A stretch of 64,000 nt of DNA from Anolis carolinensis (lineage: Eukaryota). Below the pieces are notes generated by a model, which saw nothing but the letters and a program-made list of their open reading frames with translations, was not told the origin of the DNA and ran no database searches. Position numbers and translations under genes: made by a program. Position 1 is the first letter of the stretch, and each line of letters begins with the position of its first letter. The stretch covers positions 39,509,955 to 39,573,954 of the forward strand of contig NC_085843.1 in assembly GCF_035594765.1 (NCBI RefSeq), given 5' to 3'. Shown one piece after another: positions 12,801-26,360 of this stretch.

Positions 12801-15207
12801 AGAGAGATCTTTCAGTGGAAATAAGTTTGATCCTGTTTAGTTATCCTTCCAAATGTGGAGAAATTCATGTTTGCATATGAAAACTTTCTAGGGGATGTGG
12901 AAGAGCATTTCCATCATGTTAAGAGACCTTTTAAGCCCCAAAAATCAAAATAATATTTGGAAAAACTTTTCAAAAACTTTTTTTGCCAAAATTGTCCCCT
13001 AAATGACCCCTAAAGAGGGCCAGGAACAGGCAAAAACATGACAAGAATGCCCCTATTTGTATTTATTGTATTTAGGGATCAAATTTTTGATTTTGTTTCT
13101 TTTTTTTGACAGAACCAAATGTAGTGGGGGTGCAGCTCTCCAAGGAGTTCTGGCTATCTACAGTTGCTCATTCTTGACCAAATCTGTGTATTTTCTGAAT
13201 GTTGGTTTTCTAGGTACCCCTCCTCCTCCTTGTCATGGCCAGCTCCAACAGTGGGGATGAGGAGTGGCTGGAAGAGCCAGAAGGGAGGTGGAGGTCAATA
13301 GCTTCCAGAATCTCCCCAGCTTGTCACTGCTGAGGATTAGTCTTCAGCAGTGATGGACACTCCCAGGCTGTATGAGCAAGCTGAGGCAAATACAGAAGAA
13401 TCAGCCATTTTTCATAAGTAGGGTGCCACCACTAAGAAGACCTTTTACCACTTCCTCCCCTAGCATATTGCTCCCACAAAAGAAGGCCCCTAATAACGGG
13501 GCCCCTATTTTCTTGCCATTATTGTGCCCTGGTATTTGGTCATTGGTCTTCATGCAAATGGAGATCTGGGAGGGGCAAAATCATGTAGTACTGTGACTCT
13601 CTGTGTATCCATTTATGAACACTCAAAAAATAAGGAAAGGTGGGTCTTTGTCATGACCTGTGGGTGTCCTTCAGTATAACTTCTGTATAACTTTTAAGAA
13701 GAAACTAAAGCCAGGACTTACAATTTTAACTTGACATTTCTTCTGCTGCTGTCATTTCCCCTTTGCAATGATATTGTGTGGTATAAATAGGCTGAAAGTG
13801 ACTTTCCCAATGTAGCCTTCATGGCTGAGTGGGGATTTGAATCTGAGACTCACTCTCTAGTTGTATAAGAGTGATGTATATATTATGCCCAGTGGATACT
13901 TGAGTCTAGTATGTCATAAATGTGGATTTCAGAGTTCAGCATATTGAAAGAAAATTGTGTTTGAAAGAGAATGGGTTTCATGGGTATGTGGAAGATGTCA
14001 AGTCTATCTCACACCGTCAGTTATGGTTGTCACCTTTCACAAGAAGAGGAAAAATGGTCTTACATCTGCAGTTCTTGTCCCTTGGTTTTATGTGACTCTG
14101 AAGCAAAACAACATTTGGATAACTGCACATTTTCCCTTCTGAAATTCACATTTGGGATGGTGTGGAGGATGATTGATTACTTATTTACTTAATTATGCAT
14201 TTCTATTTTTACATATTTGCAGAGTAGGAAAGCATGGTACAAAGTCAATTAGAATCAAACAGCCTGAAGTTGTATAAGGTCTCCTACATGTTACATTATA
14301 CTTGGATCTGGCCTCATGGTTCCACAGTTCCAAGGAAAAGATTAATCACTTGGTAGTGTTCCAAGTTTTTGTAACTTTGTTGTTAATGCTCTAAAAGCAA
14401 TTGTTGATACACCTGGTGATAAAAACTTCAGGGAAATAATCTTTCTGCCAGAAGCTGGAAAAAAATTCATTTTAGTACTACAACTCTTTGAGATCTGCTT
14501 ACTATTACACAAATACAATATTTTGTAAAGTATTGGTGATTTTCCACTTACACTCTAATCCTGAAATTTTAGATCCTGCGCATCAGTATTATTTGTAATA
14601 CTTTTATCAGTATAATAGGTGCATGCTTTGGTACAATAGCCAATATTGTAGTCTTTAAGTGTTCAGTTATGCTTTTCTCCTCCATTTTAATATGCTTAAG
14701 GCTGCACTTCTACTTATTCTTAATATGACTATGGAATTGTTTTATTGGTGATTTTTTATACACCAGAAGCTGATATTCAGATGACTTAATCTAAAACAAC
14801 CTTCTAGTAATGTAACCTCACTAAAAAGTAAAAAAAAAAAGTCCCTGGTCTTACACAAATCTCTTCAGAGTGAAGCCTTGGACTCTAAACATTTCACAAA
14901 CAAAAGGTAATGCTAGATACAACATAACATGTAGTTTTGTCCTGAAGAAAATCTGGTGAGCTTTTATGTTTGCTGCTCAGATATTGTGCTGTGGGATGTG
15001 ATCCCATGATATAAAGCATTGCTGATGATGCAAGAGAAAATGATGCTCCATTGACCCAGAAAGGATGAGAGCAGAACAAATAGGGCCAAAAAGAAACAAC
15101 CAGTAATAAGAAATCTAAAGTAAACTTTCCTCCGTGGAAGGAGAAAGAGAACAAAAGCATTTAAGCTGGTGCTTGGAGGAAGCATGTAAAGCCAGGGTTC
15201 CTTTCAC

Positions 15208-15785
15208 TTTATTTATTTATTTATTTATTATTCACCCTAGTTATACCCCACCTTTCTCTACCCCGAAGGGGACTCAAGGCTGCATACATATGGCAATTAT
15301 TCAATTACTTTAAAACCCATACAAAATATAAGCTAAAATAAATTGAATTAAAAACTAATACATATTAAACATTAAAAGTACATTCAGTATTAAAAGTACA
15401 TTCAGGCCATCCAGAAATCATAGTCTAAGGCTGTTCCATAATCATTACAGATGTTCCAGATCCATTATTGCACAGTGCTATTCTTTGCAGGCCTGATCCC
15501 AGAGCCAGGTTTTTATTTTCCTTCAGAAGGTTAGGAGGGAGGGGGCTGATTTAATGTCACTAGGGAGGGAGTTCCACAGCTGAGGGGCCACCACTGAGAA
15601 GGCCCTGTATCTCGTCCCCACCAGCCGTGCTTGTGGAACAGGCGGGACCGAGACCAAGACCTCCCCAGATGATCTTAATCTTTGAGATGGTTCATAAGGG
15701 AATATATGTTCAGACAGGTAAGATGGGCTGGAACCATTTAGGGCTAAAGCCAGCACTTTAAATTGTGCTCGGTAGCAGACTGGCA
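15208..15785 (-). mobile_element. L2 LINE 3' fragment
   Basis: ORF 15523-15948 ends RAFSVVAPQLWNSLPSDIKSAPSLLTF, the L2 ORF2 C-terminus; L2 tail and (TTTA)n present. Confidence 0.85.
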
Positions 15786-18349
15786 CAACAGGGGAGTTGT
15801 GTAATATGAAATAATTCCTGAAGCCAGTTGAGTTGTCTTTTTTCACTGATTTTTTATTGAAGGAGGAAATATGTAATTTTAGGAATTTTCTTCTTGCTAT
15901 TTTTAGAAGGCTATTCACAGTTGGGAATTTATTCTGCAGAAAAATCATACATGGTATTTTTGCCCAGAAACAGCTTTTTTTTCAGCTAGAAAATACTAGT
16001 TCTGCATAGAAAATAATTATGTGTTAATTTTGTTTAGAATATGCAAAATCCTCTGAACACTGAAGATTCTCAACAGTCTGAATTTGTTTTTGCTGGGTTT
16101 CTTTTACCCGAGGAAGCATGTTTTTCAACCATTGTGCAATTGCTTTAAATATATATATTTTCAGATCCTAGGAATCCACAGCTACCTGCAAATACTGATT
16201 GAGAGTGGTGACCTTATGTACAAGTCTCCTTCCTGAGTGCATAGAAGAATAGCACACAAGAATCATGGCTATTTTCTTCCCACAACAATAATTACTCTCT
16301 ACCACTCCCTACAGTCGACTATGGCCTAGTTTCCTCTACACCATGCAGACCAATTCAGGCCTAAAGCCATAGAATGCCTATTCTCAAGTGAAATTATGTT
16401 TGTTTTCTGAAACATACTTAGCATTTTATAATGGGAACATATTCAGAGATCAATGTTATGGCTCCTGGGCATTTACTTGGCTCAATAAAGGGTGGGATTA
16501 ACTGCTTTCACATTTCCAGCTTGAGCTCCATGACCTGGAAGTTTCCCCAGGGTTTACCAAAAAGATGGTTGGATGTTTTATGGCTTCATTCATTGCTTGA
16601 ACACAGGTGGAAATGCTATCTCTTGGACCATTTGAGAACACTGTGAAAGTTGCATCCTGTCAGAGATAACGTCTCTGAAAGAAGTACTGAGAAACAAGAA
16701 TGAAAGAGGAGTCTTTCCTTCATGCCCCATTGGCAAGCTTCCCTTAGGAAGCTTCGCTTAGGAAGTTGGTCACTCACAAGAGACAGGATACTGGACTTAC
16801 CCCACCATCAGAAATCCTCAGATTTTCTTTATTCCATGACTAAATTAGCAAGTGGCAGTGCAAAAATGCACACAGAGACAAACACATAGAACGTTTTCTA
16901 GTCATTTTACAACTCTTGGGGAAGAAAGAGGTTGTTTGAAAATTGAATGACAATGCTCACATTCTGCAACATAATTGATTTGAGCTTAGGGGAATTTTCA
17001 CATCACTACTACAGTGTTTATTTAGGGACATTACTGCAGCTTTATCACCTTAGAAACAGAAGTTGCTGAATGCAGGTCCTTGGCTCTGGAATGGTGAACC
17101 CATGCCAGATTTAGGTGTCAAGTTGTTGATTTGGTCCAACTCATTATGGAGACAATTGCTACCTGCAAACAAACCTCAGATGTGAATCCCCTCACTTTTG
17201 TGGTATGACTTCTATTTTCAGATATTTCTTTATAAGTGCTTGTTTAGCAAATGCAAAAACATGTGCACCACAAGAGCTTGGTTGGATTCCATTATTTTTC
17301 CGGCATATCCCTGCAGCCCTCACCTTTTGTCAATGGAAAAGAAAAGTCACAGGTTTCCTCCATTTCTCCCAAGGAGATGTTGTTGCTCTGCCTCCGCACT
17401 TACTGCTATATATACATATAGACTCACACACAAATGGCACAATGCTATCTTTAGCTAAGCAGCTGATTAATCCAGCATTAATCCACCTCCTTAATTGCAC
17501 TTTGCTATTTTCTCTTTCTTTATCCTTCAATTGCTTGACTGGGCAGGGGGTCTGGAGGGCAAACATATTCATTATGTTCCCAGCAAACAAGATATGAATC
17601 ACACTGCAGGGGACAAAATTAAATTTACAGTTTCCCCTTGTACATGTCATAAACTATTGATTTAAAACAAGAGAAGAGAGCAGCAGTAAGGGAGAACACC
17701 ACTGCAGTTTTGTGCTGTTTCCCTTGTTATTCTGGGAGGGCTGCTGGTCACTGGCAGCTGAGACACAGATGGTGGGGAGCCATTGAATCTGTTGTTTCTC
17801 TTCTCCCCCCGAAGAACAATAGGGGATTTACAAATTAGCTAAAGGGAAATGGGTACTGTAGTCCCATTTACTGATAATCTTACATGCTGTGGGGCATCTC
17901 ATGGAACTGTCTGTACTAACATAATCTATCGTAGATTTCTGACAAAATAAGGCTCTTCCCTGGTATTATTTGTATGATCTCTTATTCAGTATTCCTGGGC
18001 ATCCTTCAAGCAGCAAATCTGTATTTTGTCCTTTTTAAAATTTTGTCTAAACAAAGCTCTCCCTTCTTAAGTCTAAAGTGCTTTTCAGAATTGGCATCAT
18101 TTGCTGAGTCTGCCATTGGCTCCCCCTGTGGCCTTCCTATATTTTTGGCTGCATTCAGATGATGTTTTGAGCCTTTTATATAATTCGTTTTTTAGAACAT
18201 AGACAGCTGTGTTGACTACCAGTGGGTCCAAAAAGAGCAGCAAGTAGTACTGAAGACAGCAAACCACATTATTATTTTTCCCTATGGCATTTGTGCCAGG
18301 GAGAACCATGAGTTATGGTTTTGTCTCCAGTTCAATTCAACATCTATAA

Positions 18350-18563
18350 CAGTGGTTCCCAAACTTAATTGGCCTACCGCCCCCTCTCCAGAAAAAATAT
18401 TACTCAGCGCCCCCTGGAAATTATTTTTTTTAATTTTAATTGCAATTAAACAGAAAGATATATGTATTAATGCATATGGCAAATGCACCTGTGGCCATCA
18501 CCACTCCCCTCGATCACTGCAGCACCCACCAGGGGGCGGTAGCGCCCACTTTGAGAATCATTG
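18350..18563. mobile_element. Non-autonomous hAT-Charlie MITE
   Basis: TIRs CAGTGGTTCCCAAA / TTTGAGAATCATTG; 8-bp TSD ATCTATAA / ATCTGTAA. Confidence 0.85.
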
Positions 18564-18812
18564 ATCTGTAAGAATCTCTTAGGCTCAGTCACTAGGTTAT
18601 TAAGGCTGAAACCCCACCGAATGCAAGTTTATTGTGCCAGACTTGAAATCAGTAGGATTTTACTTAGTTGTGACTGATTTTACACATTGCATACAATGGT
18701 GTAGATCCTATCGGTATTCCTAAGGAGAGTTGACTCACCGAATCAATAGTCTCTGCCTATTTCTATCTCATGAACAATCCATAGATCTATTCACATTGGG
18801 ACAAATGAATCA

Positions 18813-18962
18813 GGGCCCTTCCACACAGCCATATAACTCAGAAAATCAAGGCAGAAAATCCCACATTATCTGGTTTGAACTGGGTTATCTGAGTCTATAT
18901 TGCCATATATTTCACTTCAAAGCAGATAATGTGGGATTTTATTCAGCTGTGTAGAAGGGGCC
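18813..18962. mobile_element. PIF/Harbinger-type MITE
   Basis: 17-bp TIRs GGGCCCTTCCACACAGC / GCTGTGTAGAAGGGGCC; 3-bp TSD TCA; second copy at 60439. Confidence 0.8.
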
Positions 18963-19199
18963 TCAGATTCAGACTTTAGGATTAGGGCCCCTGTAAGTGT
19001 TTTTAAGATGTCTGGAGTCAAGCAAGGTAGGCACATTATTATTAATTTCACATACTTGCAGGCAGAGACCAAGTTACTTTTCCAATCCATTATCACTGAA
19101 AATCTTTAAATGTGAAGATGCTTGCAAGTATAATGTATACATAGAAGCACCATCTTTTACAGTGTGATTTATTTCCAGCTATGTTTACATGAAATAGGA

Positions 19200-19425
19200 A
19201 AGCTGGCATGGTATAGTGGTTTGAATGTTGGTCTAGGACTCTGGGTACCAGGGTTCAAATCCTTGTCATCCATGGAAACTCACTGGTTGATCTTGGGCAA
19301 GTTATAATCTATCAAACATAGAGGAAATCAAGGCCAAACACCCTCTGAACAAATTCTGGCAAGAAAGATAGGTTCACTTTAGGGTTCCCATGAGTTGAAA
19401 ATGGCTTGACATCACATAACAACAC
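19200..19425 (+). mobile_element. tRNA-derived CORE-type SINE
   Basis: A-box-like TGGTATAGTGG, B-box-like GGTTCAAATCC, CORE TGATCTTGGGCAAGTTA. Confidence 0.7.
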
Positions 19426-19619
19426 TTTGCAGGCAGCTTTTATTATAACCACACTCAAGCTGAATGACAACAACTGTCTTCGTATTTCTTAGCGCTTGAT
19501 CTTTTAATATACTTCTGACTGATAACTCTTAAACCACAACTACATAGGCATTTGGGTGGTCCAATTTTGCCAGATCATTTTAGAAGTATTCAGTCCACCA
19601 ACCTAGCCTTCTCTGAGTG

Positions 19620-19692
19620 TTATAATAATAAAATAATAAAACTTTATTTATATCCCACCCTATCTCCCCGTGAGAACTCAGGGCGGTTCATA
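19620..19692 (-). mobile_element. L2 3' tail remnant
   Basis: (ATA)n followed by AAACTTTATTTATATCCCACC..CTCAGGGCGGTTCA. Confidence 0.6.
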
Positions 19693-20814
19693 CTTAGATT
19701 TTAGTATCATCAGTATGTTGATTTATATCATTGTGATGACAGCCATCTCTGTTTCCCTGAATTGAGAGAACCATCCCAGTCTAAACTCCAGACCCTGTGG
19801 TGGGATGGAAACTGAATCCTAGCAATAAATGGTAGTTCTCTGGGTGGGTGCTTCCTGTTTCCAGGATTTACACAGGCTGCCTGTTCTGAATAGTGCTGCA
19901 ATTCCATTTAAAGAGAGGACATGTTGTTTGGGGATACTTATATTACAGTGGCTTCACTGTCACTGGAGGCTCAATCTGCTGTAGCAACAAGAAGAATCTT
20001 TCACCATCTTTGTGCTGTGCCTCAGATACAGCTGTTTTTAGACTGTGATAACTCAATACTGTGACCTGTTCACTGGTCACCTCATGACTGAACTATTGCA
20101 ATGCAGTCTTTGTGGGCCTACTCTTTGGGAAGTGATAGCTAACCTATAAGGTTCTAAGCAGCTTGTGACTGATATGCTTGAAGTGATACTTTCTCCTTCA
20201 TACTATACCTCCTTGACTGCTGCAATTGCCAGCGAAGGCCATATCCAGTAGATTCCATCTATATTCTGGAAGAAGTTCTTTTTTGTAGTAGTGGCCACTA
20301 TATATGTGCCAGTTCTGATTCAGTTTAGGGACTCAATCTAAACTTTTTATTTCCTTTCATATTAGATAATTTGTGCCCTAGGAATTTCCTACTGCATACG
20401 AATTGATGCACAACTTTGGGATGTTGCTTTAAAGATGAATTAACTTGAGGAAATTGTGAACCCATCTATAATGGATTGGTATGATAGGAAGATGGCTTGA
20501 CACCTACAACATCATATTTTCTGAACAGTTATAAAAAGAGTCTGTTGTGCCCTTATGTTCAGCCTAACTTCCCAGGTTCTGAAACTAAAATACGTTTCTT
20601 GTAAATTTCTTTCTCCCGTTATATTTTTATTCCACCATCCCTGCAAAGAGCACAGGCTGGTAAGCATAATTTCCCCAAGAATTACCTTCACACAGACCCT
20701 GTGATATTATTTATATGGGAAGTGAACCCATCTTCCTCTAATTCTAATTTTTATTATACCAGATTGAGCAACTTGGCATTTTCTGACTATAATTCATTGC
20801 CACAGTAATGTTGG

Positions 20815-21045
20815 TGGGTTGTTATTGTGTGCCTTTAAGTCATGTCCACCTTAAATTGTGAACTGAAGGCATAACTGTCATGGGGTTTTCTTGGCAAGAT
20901 TTATTCAAAGTGAGTTTTGCCTTTTTCCTTCCTTTGAATCTGAAAGATTATGATCTTTATCAAGATTCTCATGACTGAGCAGAGGTTTGAACCCCAGTTT
21001 CCAGCGTGACAGTCCAGTGCCTGAACACTATATCACAATAGCCCA
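20815..21045 (-). mobile_element. tRNA-derived CORE-type SINE
   Basis: Reverse-complement match to the copies at 4670 and 19200. Confidence 0.65.
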
Positions 21046-22097
21046 ATGCTGATGGTAAAATATGCAAATCTCAGATTGAATCACCATGCTCACTCCCAAA
21101 TCAAAGGATTTATCAAAAAGCCCTCTCCCCTTCCTTGTTTTTCTGACATCCATGGATTAGTGGGAAAGAAAAAAGACCAATATTGCCTGTACAGTATCAC
21201 AGATGAACCTGTATTTCCTTTCCTGCTGTATTTCTTTTGGAAAATGGATATTCTTTTAGCATATTTTTCACATTCCTCACTTCATCTGTTATCCATCATA
21301 TTACAGTGAACCAGTAATCATCCTTAATGCAGACAGGGAGAATAGTTGGCCAGCATCTGTCCTATGGATAGCTCATCTTTCTCTCTATAATTGGTTTCAC
21401 AGATATTGTATTGCTCTTATGAAGAGGCTAGCTCCCAATAAGCTGGCAACAATTGAAAGCAGAAATGGAGGGATGCTATAATTCATTGAGAGCAAGGATC
21501 GGATGAGGGGGTGAAAACAATATTAAGTGAAAACAATAGCAAGGACATTATCATGGATAATAACTAACAAAAACACATCACTGTGCTTGGAATAAAGCAG
21601 TGGCATAGTTTAGACCAGAAATAGAGACTAAGCAGTTTATCTGTTTGAGAGCATCCTCAATTACAGAAGCTATCAAGTCCAAATCTAGTGGAGACTAGGC
21701 GTGTGTGACTCAGCAAAAAAGTACCATTTCTGGTCCTGCCTTTGGCTGCCCCCCCCTCCCCATTCAATTTAGAAGGAAATTCCAGCTGCAGGTGATCCGT
21801 ATCAGATGGGCCTTCAGCTGCTCCCTGCCCGGTCTGTTTTCAGAGGTCCGGCAGCCAGATCAACTAATTTCCCCGAATCCAGTATTGCCAAACAGAGTCA
21901 TGCACACTCCTAGTGGGGACACTATACGAGGCAGAGTGAATGACTTGGGTTTGTGAATTGATCGTTTGTACTTACTTGTTATTTATTAATTTTTTTTAAT
22001 GCTGAAGCAAAGACTCCAAAATGGTGTATAGGAATCAAAACCATGCAGTGCGGTGCAGTACAATGCAAGGCAATGCAATATATTACTTCAGTGGAAT

Positions 22098-22340
22098 TAG
22101 TAGTGCCATTCTAGTCTGCTTTGGTCAGATCTCACCTGGACCATTGTGTCCAGTTCTAGGCACCACATTTCAAGAGGATTATTGAAAAGCCTGAATATGT
22201 TCAGAGGAGGGAAACTAGGATGATAAAAGGTCTGGAATCTAAGCCTTATGAGGAACAATTTAGGGAGCTGGGTGTGTTCGGCTGGAGAAGACTGAGAGAT
22301 GTCATGCTCATTCCTTTTAAATATTTGAAAGGATATCATT
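22098..22340 (+). mobile_element. Old CR1 ORF2 fragment
   Basis: Degenerate SALVRSHLDHCVQF*APHFKR (CR1 motif PHLEYCVQFW). Confidence 0.75.
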
Positions 22341-22543
22341 TGCTTGCAGCAATCGCTATATTTTACTGTTTATAATCAGGGGGTATTGTGAAGTTATGAT
22401 GTTTATGTTGGCTGGTTATTGTTTTCCATTATTGTTTCTGCACTTTTTGTATTTTGCATGTTGTACCTTGAGTGCTTTGTGAGCCACCCCGAGTCCATCT
22501 GGGAGATGTTGGCGGGGTATAAATAAAGTTTATTATTATTATT
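22341..22543 (+). mobile_element. L2 3' tail abutting or inserted in the CR1
   Basis: GTGAGCCACCCCGAGTCC..GGCGGGGTATAAATAAAG followed by (TTA)n. Confidence 0.7.
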
Positions 22544-23527
22544 TAAAAGATGGAGCAAACTTCACAGAAGGCTTCATATACAGGCATGTTTGTTTTCAAT
22601 GAGTACACCATGTTTCCCCTTTCTGATAGATTAAGGAACCACCACACAAAATGCTCAGTTCTTAACGTTCATGCAGTAAGCAAGGCACATAGGTCACTTA
22701 GTCACAGAAGTATAATGTACTTCTATTTAAATAAGAATAATTATTTCTCAATTTGTATCTATACATAGAAATCACCATATGCAAATTTCATGCAAATTGA
22801 ATCCTCTCCTGCCATCCTTCCTGCTGATGCACTTCCTCATTTTTAGAAATGCATAACAGCCCTCCCTTTTGTGTGTACTCCCCAAAAAGATTCTGCACAA
22901 ACCCCGCCCAATGAGTTCATTATGATGGATGCTTATTTCAGACATTAATTGTATGTGTGAATACCAGAAACATGACTCACCATTCCAATTTTCTAACTTT
23001 CATTCATCTCTGAAGCTTTGCTATCATTTACATAAATGACCTTGAGGTAAATTCATACACTAGAGGTTTTTTTCTGATTCAATAAAATTAGAGTTCTGGT
23101 ATGTGGAATGATTGTGACTGACTGCTAATAATTTCAAATATATTGGTGCCTGCTAAAATAATTAAGTCATGCTAAAAAAAAAAGTGTGCCAGTCCTACCA
23201 TCTTGTGATCATTATTAGAAATGTATTTTTATATACTGATTAGGCGTCAGAGTGATTCCAGTCCACAGAAACATTCAATTACTCATTCCCCCCCCCCCAT
23301 AGGTTTCATTACAAAGATGTCAATCTAGATGTCATGGGGAAAGCAAAAGCATCCTACTTTTTCCTACTAGAGCAATAAAATAGAAATTTTCCATGTGTTA
23401 AGAATTATTTATATTTAAAAAGAACACTGTAAATAAGGTTTATTACCTTTTACACCATTTACAACATCTCTGGGAAGATTTATGGGATGGGGTATGAGGC
23501 AAAAGAGCTCACATTTTTTTTATAGAA

Positions 23528-23598
23528 CAGTGGTTCTCAACCTTTGGTCCTCCAGGTGTTTGGGACTTCAGCTCCCAAAATTTCTAACAGCTGGTAAG
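23528..23598. mobile_element. Half copy of the palindromic hAT MITE
   Basis: Starts CAGTGGTTCTCAACC and resembles the copies at 36001 and 39216. Confidence 0.65.
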
Positions 23599-24749
23599 AA
23601 ATATAGAGATATACGAGCTTTGGGTAACTTGAGAGAATAACAGCCCATCCATTTCACAAACAGCATATTGCAATCTAACAAATAACAGCAGATGGCAGCA
23701 TGTCGGTGAACTTGTCTGTAAGATTGTGAATCAGTTCACTCCCCTCAAAACGTTATGACCTCATTTGCCCTTAGGGTCCTCTGCCAGACTCCACCTCCAA
23801 AAATTGGCTCACTGTTTTGTGTTTTGACTACCACTGTCCTTTTGCTTTTTGAAATGCAGCACATGTATATTATAAACCAAGCATCCTGTTCAAACAAGCT
23901 GTTCTTGCTAATGGCACGAATTATGGGAATACTTGCCTATTATTCCTGTGGTGCGAAGCGTACAGGCTGCAGGGGATGCCATGGCAAAGGTCTTTGCTTT
24001 GAGGAGCTTACAACTAGCCTCCCACCTTACCTATCAAGGAGCAAAGTGATGTGGATTTTAGTATGCTGCAGAGATTAGGGAAGTCATAAAACTTACCGGT
24101 GCAATAATAATAATTAATAATAATAATAACAGGTGCATTTAATGTACTTGAGCATGATTTATTGTGTACAGAATGACACAGGCGTACGCGAGGCATTGCA
24201 GGCAGGAATAAAAAGACAAGGTGACTGAGCTTTCAATTGCACATCTGGGCATGATTTGAAGAGGTAATTTGCTGACATCATAAATGAAGGCTTTTTAGAG
24301 CAGCTTGTTTGGGTGCCTATAAGGGAGAAGTCTTGATTTAGGGCACCATTCAACAGTACTTACTTTTCCTGCAGAACTATTGGAGTGTCTCTTATGGCAG
24401 AGGAGAGATGGGACACAGAAAGCAATGTATAGAAGAGATGTTTAATGAGAGGTATGATCATAGAAAGCAGGATAAAAGGCTACTTTAGGTACATGCACTT
24501 CATATTTGCCTTTGCTGACAAGGTCTGTAGGGTTTAGTTTAGTTTCCAAATAGTTTTGCAAATACCTACACTCCAATATTTTCACAGATGTAATCCAGGA
24601 CATATATAGCCAAGCAACATCAAAGTGTGGTCAAGATGGCAAATGTTATAAATGATGAGAATCAAACGAACAGTTGGTTTTTGTCTCTTTGTCTGGGAAA
24701 GGGCAAGATTCTTAGTCCCTCTGCTGACCTAATTAAGTGGAAATTCTCA

Positions 24750-26360
24750 GGGCTCTTCCAGACAGAGCCCAAAATGCAAGGCCTGTCGGACTTTTACTGG
24801 AAGCATCCAAACGACGCTTCCAGTAAAAGAGGATTAATTCAGAACAAAGCAGATAAACTCTGCTTTGTCTCAAATTAATTTGATACCCCATTAGATCCAG
24901 GCCTTCCTGAAAGACTCAGGTTTAATGGGGTATGGGCCCTGTGGGGACTGACTACTGAGTAGTCTTGTGACTACCCAGGGGTCAGTCCCCACAGCCCATC
25001 TTGGTTCTTCAGGTCCCATGAGCCCAGAGAACTGGGGAGGGCACCCACCCCCTCCCCAAACCTCTGCCCCAAAAGCCCTTCAAATAAAAAACTTGCTAGG
25101 CCGCCAAGATGCCTCCCAGGAGGCCCCCTGGAGGCCTGGTAGGTTTTTTCTTATTTTAAAGGTGTTTGGGGGTTTTTTTTGGTCTGACCTCATGCCATCG
25201 CAGTACTTACCACGATGGCATGGGGACAGCCACAAAGGAAAGCCCAGGTTTTGGGAGGAGATTTGGAGACTTAAACCCGCGCTGAAGTCTGAAAGTGTGA
25301 AGGCATCATTTTGACATGTCAGGAGCTATCTACTGGATGCAGCCAGGCCTCTCCAGTAAATTAATTAATTAATTTGAGGGAAAACAGAAAGCTTGGAGGG
25401 GAGGGTGGGGGTGAAGAAGAGCCCAAAGAACCAGGATGGCAATGCGGATTGAACCCATGGATCGCAAAAGGCAGTCCTGACAGTCAATCCCCACATGCCC
25501 AAAACTTGGAAAGAAACCTTGCAGTAAGATCCCAGATCTTTTCAGGTGTTTTTAAAATCTGGATTAAAGTAGGAAATCCCAGGGCAGTTCCATAGAGCAC
25601 CTTAACGTGAGTCCAGTCGAGTTTCAAAAACCTGACTGGATTTGCATTGAAGTCCGCACACACCCCAGAAAGCTCATGCTTTTCTGGGGTGGGTGTCCAG
25701 ATGCCCTCAGGGCACCAGAACACAAAATACCCCCCCCCCCCGAAAAGCCTTTAAAAAGGAAAATAAGTTATCCGGCTGCCATTTCCCCTTCTCCAGAGCT
25801 CTCTTGGTGTCTAGAAATGACACATCAGGAGAAGGGGGGCAGGAGCAATTTTTTTCCCCTCCCCTTCTCCTGGTATGTCAATTCTATGCACCAGGAGAAC
25901 TCTAAAGAAGTGGAAATGGCAGCCAGGTAACTTTTTTTAAATAAAAAAGGCTGTTTAAAGGGGTTTCATGAGGGGGTGTGGACTGTCTTGGGCTTTTTGG
26001 GCTCCAGGAACCCAAGAAACCCAAGACAGATGTGTGGGTGGGCACCGGAAGTTGCACACCGTGATCCATGGTCCCCATCCACACAGCGCTTGCAGCTGGA
26101 AAGACCCAGGTCTTTCCAGCTGACAAAGTACTTTGGGACAAAGCAGGGTTTTTCCTGCTTTGTCCCAAATTAATTCATTTTTACTTGAGGCGCCATTTGG
26201 GTGCCCCAGGGGAAAATGCGAAAGGACATGCGCTTTAGGTGCTGTCTGGATGTGCCACAAATTTACTGTGGCTTAAATCCAGATTAACCTGAGGTGTCAT
26301 TTGGATGCTTCAGATTAATCCGCAACCCATCACAAGTTTTGGGCCTGTGTGGAAAGGCCT
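24750..26360. mobile_element. About 1.6-kb non-autonomous DNA transposon, probably PIF/Harbinger
   Basis: Imperfect TIRs GGGCTCTTCCAGACAGAGCCCAAAA / TTTTGGGCCTGTGTGGAAAGGCCT, related to the 18813 MITE TIR; subterminal hairpins; TSD not intact. Confidence 0.6.

Noticed and set aside
12850-13600. Possible DNA transposon remnant (also about 37375-37745, 45965-46100 and 63520-63800)
   Set aside because: Looks TE-derived, but TIRs and TSDs are too decayed to support boundaries or family
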